DNA from: an uncultured Clostridia bacterium
Lineage (GTDB): Bacteria > Bacillota > Clostridia > Oscillospirales > CAG-272
Direction: 5' to 3'
NCBI GenBank assembly: GCA_937895775.1
Contig: CALBLD010000156.1
Coordinates: 1-27,852 of the forward strand
Length of the DNA stretch: 27,852 bases
Below are positions 26,250 to 27,852 of this stretch, in pieces. The stretch's first letter is position 1; each line of letters starts with the position of its first letter. Both the position numbers and the translations under genes were made by a program. The notes below the pieces were generated by a model. That model had not been told where the DNA came from and ran no database searches. It saw nothing but the letters and a program-made list of their open reading frames with translations.

Positions 26250-26432
26250 ATGATACAAACGAAAAGAGCGGAACTCATAAAGCTACTTGAAAAAAACGGT
26301 TGGTATTTAAAGAGAAACGGAGGCGAGCATGATATTTACACCAACGGAAAAGATAGCGAACCGGTCCCGAGACACAGAGAATTAAAAGAACATCTCGCAA
26401 GGGCAATAATAAAAAGACATGGACTCAAATGA
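26250..26432 (+). CDS. hicA: HicA-family mRNA interferase toxin (start codon uncertain, see findings)
   Basis: KRAELIKLLEKNGW..R.GGEHDIY..VPRH.EL..LA.AI.K. Confidence 0.88.
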   Translation: MIQTKRAELIKLLEKNGWYLKRNGGEHDIYTNGKDSEPVPRHRELKEHLARAIIKRHGLK

Positions 26433-26479
26433 GTCCATGTCGCCCGAGCTTAATATATTTTAACGGAGGTAATCATATT

Positions 26480-26875
26480 ATGAAGAACGTGTATCCGATT
26501 TTGCTTATACCCGAGAAAAAGGGCTATACAGTGTATATTCCCGATTTTGAAATCAACACGCAAGGTGAAGATCTGACTGATGCTATGGAGATGGCAAGAG
26601 ATGCTATCGGCTTGATGGGCATTGATATGGAAGATGACGGGAAAACATTGCCCGCGCCTTCGGACATAGCTTCGGTCAAAAAAGAAGCAGACGAAATCGT
26701 GACGCTCGTCGATGTTGATTTTGACGAGTACAGAAGAAAAAACGAAATGCGCGCAGTGCGGAAGAATGTCACAATCCCGTCATGGCTTAATGAAGAAGCC
26801 GAGCGCGCGGGCGTGAATTTTTCCGCCGTACTGCAAAATGCATTGAAGGCAGAACTGCATATAGCGGGAAGATAA
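26480..26875 (+). CDS. hicB: HicB-family antitoxin
   Basis: GGAGGT RBS; YP..GYTVYIPD..TQG..DAMEMARDAI; C-terminal RHH VRKNVTIPSWL..A..GVNFS.VLQ.AL. Confidence 0.93.
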   Translation: MKNVYPILLIPEKKGYTVYIPDFEINTQGEDLTDAMEMARDAIGLMGIDMEDDGKTLPAPSDIASVKKEADEIVTLVDVDFDEYRRKNEMRAVRKNVTIPSWLNEEAERAGVNFSAVLQNALKAELHIAGR

Positions 26876-26904
26876 AGCACCGAAGCATCCCCGAATAAAC
26901 AAAA

Positions 26905-26939
26905 AACAAGCCTGTTTCTGTACAAGAGGCAGGCTTGTT
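26905..26939. terminator. Hairpin terminator after hicB
   Basis: AACAAGCCTGTTTCT-GTACA-AGAGGCAGGCTTGTT, A tract upstream. Confidence 0.7.
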
Positions 26940-26940
26940 G

Positions 26941-27000
26941 TGCATTATATTGGTTATACTAAATAGGTTTATCCCGAGGGACTACCGATGATGATAACGG
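26941..27000. other. Putative attR junction (crossover near 26970-26975)
   Basis: AT-rich non-coding DNA with in-frame TAG (26964-26966) switches within two codons to the ATPase PEGLPMMITV sequence. Confidence 0.65.
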
Positions 27001-27852
27001 TCGTTCTTTCGGCGAATATGAAGCGGATGCTTTCCGACAATATTATGGTCAGAAAACTTGTCGGGATAGAAACGGCGGGAAGCATGAATATAATGTTTAC
27101 CGATAAAACGGGAACACTGACTACGGGAAATCAGACGGTAACATCGATAATACTCGGAGATATGACCGAGATAAACTCGTTTGCAAAGACGCAGGGTCTG
27201 CGGCATATTATTGCCGAGCAGGCGTTCTGCAACAGTGAGTGCAGATATGATCGCGGAAAGATCATCGGCGGCAATCCCACCGACCGTGCGCTTGCCGCCT
27301 TTGCCGGGGAAAAGGGATTTTATGAGAGCCTGCATGCGGATGTAAAGTCTGTGGTACCTTTCGACAGCCGTATGAAGTACGCGGCGGCGGAGATTGCGGA
27401 CGGCGATGTCTGCTCGGTTCTTGTCAAGGGTGCTCCGGAGCTTTTGCTTCCGAATGTCGTCGGCTATATGGATTCCGACGGAAAAATCCATAATTGCCGT
27501 CCCGACGGAAGACTGCCGCAAAAACTCCGTTCGCTTGCGGCAGCTTCCTATCGCGTTATTGCACTTGCCGTCGGGGAAAAGATGCCGGATAAGGATTCGG
27601 TCGGCGGACTGGTGCTTGTTGCGCTTGCGGTCATACGCGACGAAATAAGACATGATGCAAAAAAATCGGTTGAAACAATGCGCCGCGCCGGCATACATGT
27701 CGTAATGCTCACCGGTGACCATAAGGATACCGCAGCGGCAATAGCCGAAAGATGCGGGATATTAGGCGCATACAAGAGGGGCATGGTCATGGAATCCTCC
27801 GAGCTTGCGGGAATGAACGACGAAGAGGTGTCGGCTATTCTCCCCGATCTTG
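26973..27852 (+). pseudogene. 3' part of a host Ca2+-type (P2) P-type ATPase, interrupted at TM4; runs off the window
   Basis: My translation: PEGLPMMITVVLS..VRKLVGIETAGS..TDKTGTLT (Asp at 27102)..GNPTDRAL..PFDS..KGAPE..MLTGDH. Absent from the ORF track because no stop falls in the window. Confidence 0.9.

Larger units (their letters stand above)
1..26972 (+). mobile_element. Temperate siphovirus prophage (right part; left end and integrase outside the window)
   Basis: Co-oriented replication, packaging, head, tail and lysis modules in canonical order. Ends abruptly against a 5'-truncated host P-type ATPase. Confidence 0.95.

Noticed and set aside
26935..26990. Phage-supplied promoter and start re-expressing the ATPase 3' half
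   Set aside because: TATACT lacks a properly spaced -35, and a product from ATG 26988 would lack the A domain and TM1-4.

Overview
Right-hand ~27 kb of a temperate siphovirus prophage from a Firmicute (Clostridia-like) host, plus the host flank. Order: recombination/replication (DUF3799 nuclease, SSB, C5 DNA methyltransferase, replisome organiser with internal iteron origin, RusA), late activator and structured late leader, an accessory block (ParB-DUF4417 fusion, acidic protein, MGGRG-JAB protein), packaging, A118-like head and tail genes, lysis, and two toxin-antitoxin morons (DUF4160/DUF2442/HTH and HicAB). The prophage ends at ~26972, where it appears to have integrated into a Ca2+-type P-type ATPase gene exactly at the PEGLP motif. 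Most notable: (1) a solitary 36-nt type II (Cas9)-like CRISPR repeat in frame inside the ParB-DUF4417 gene, in a unit with its own sigma-A promoter and terminator, a candidate RNA anti-CRISPR hidden in a coding sequence; (2) the split ATPase, a possible excision-controlled switch; (3) an MGGRG-leader JAB/MPN protein; (4) a hicA gene whose expected start position is ACG. All family calls are by eye from motifs and synteny; no database searches were run.
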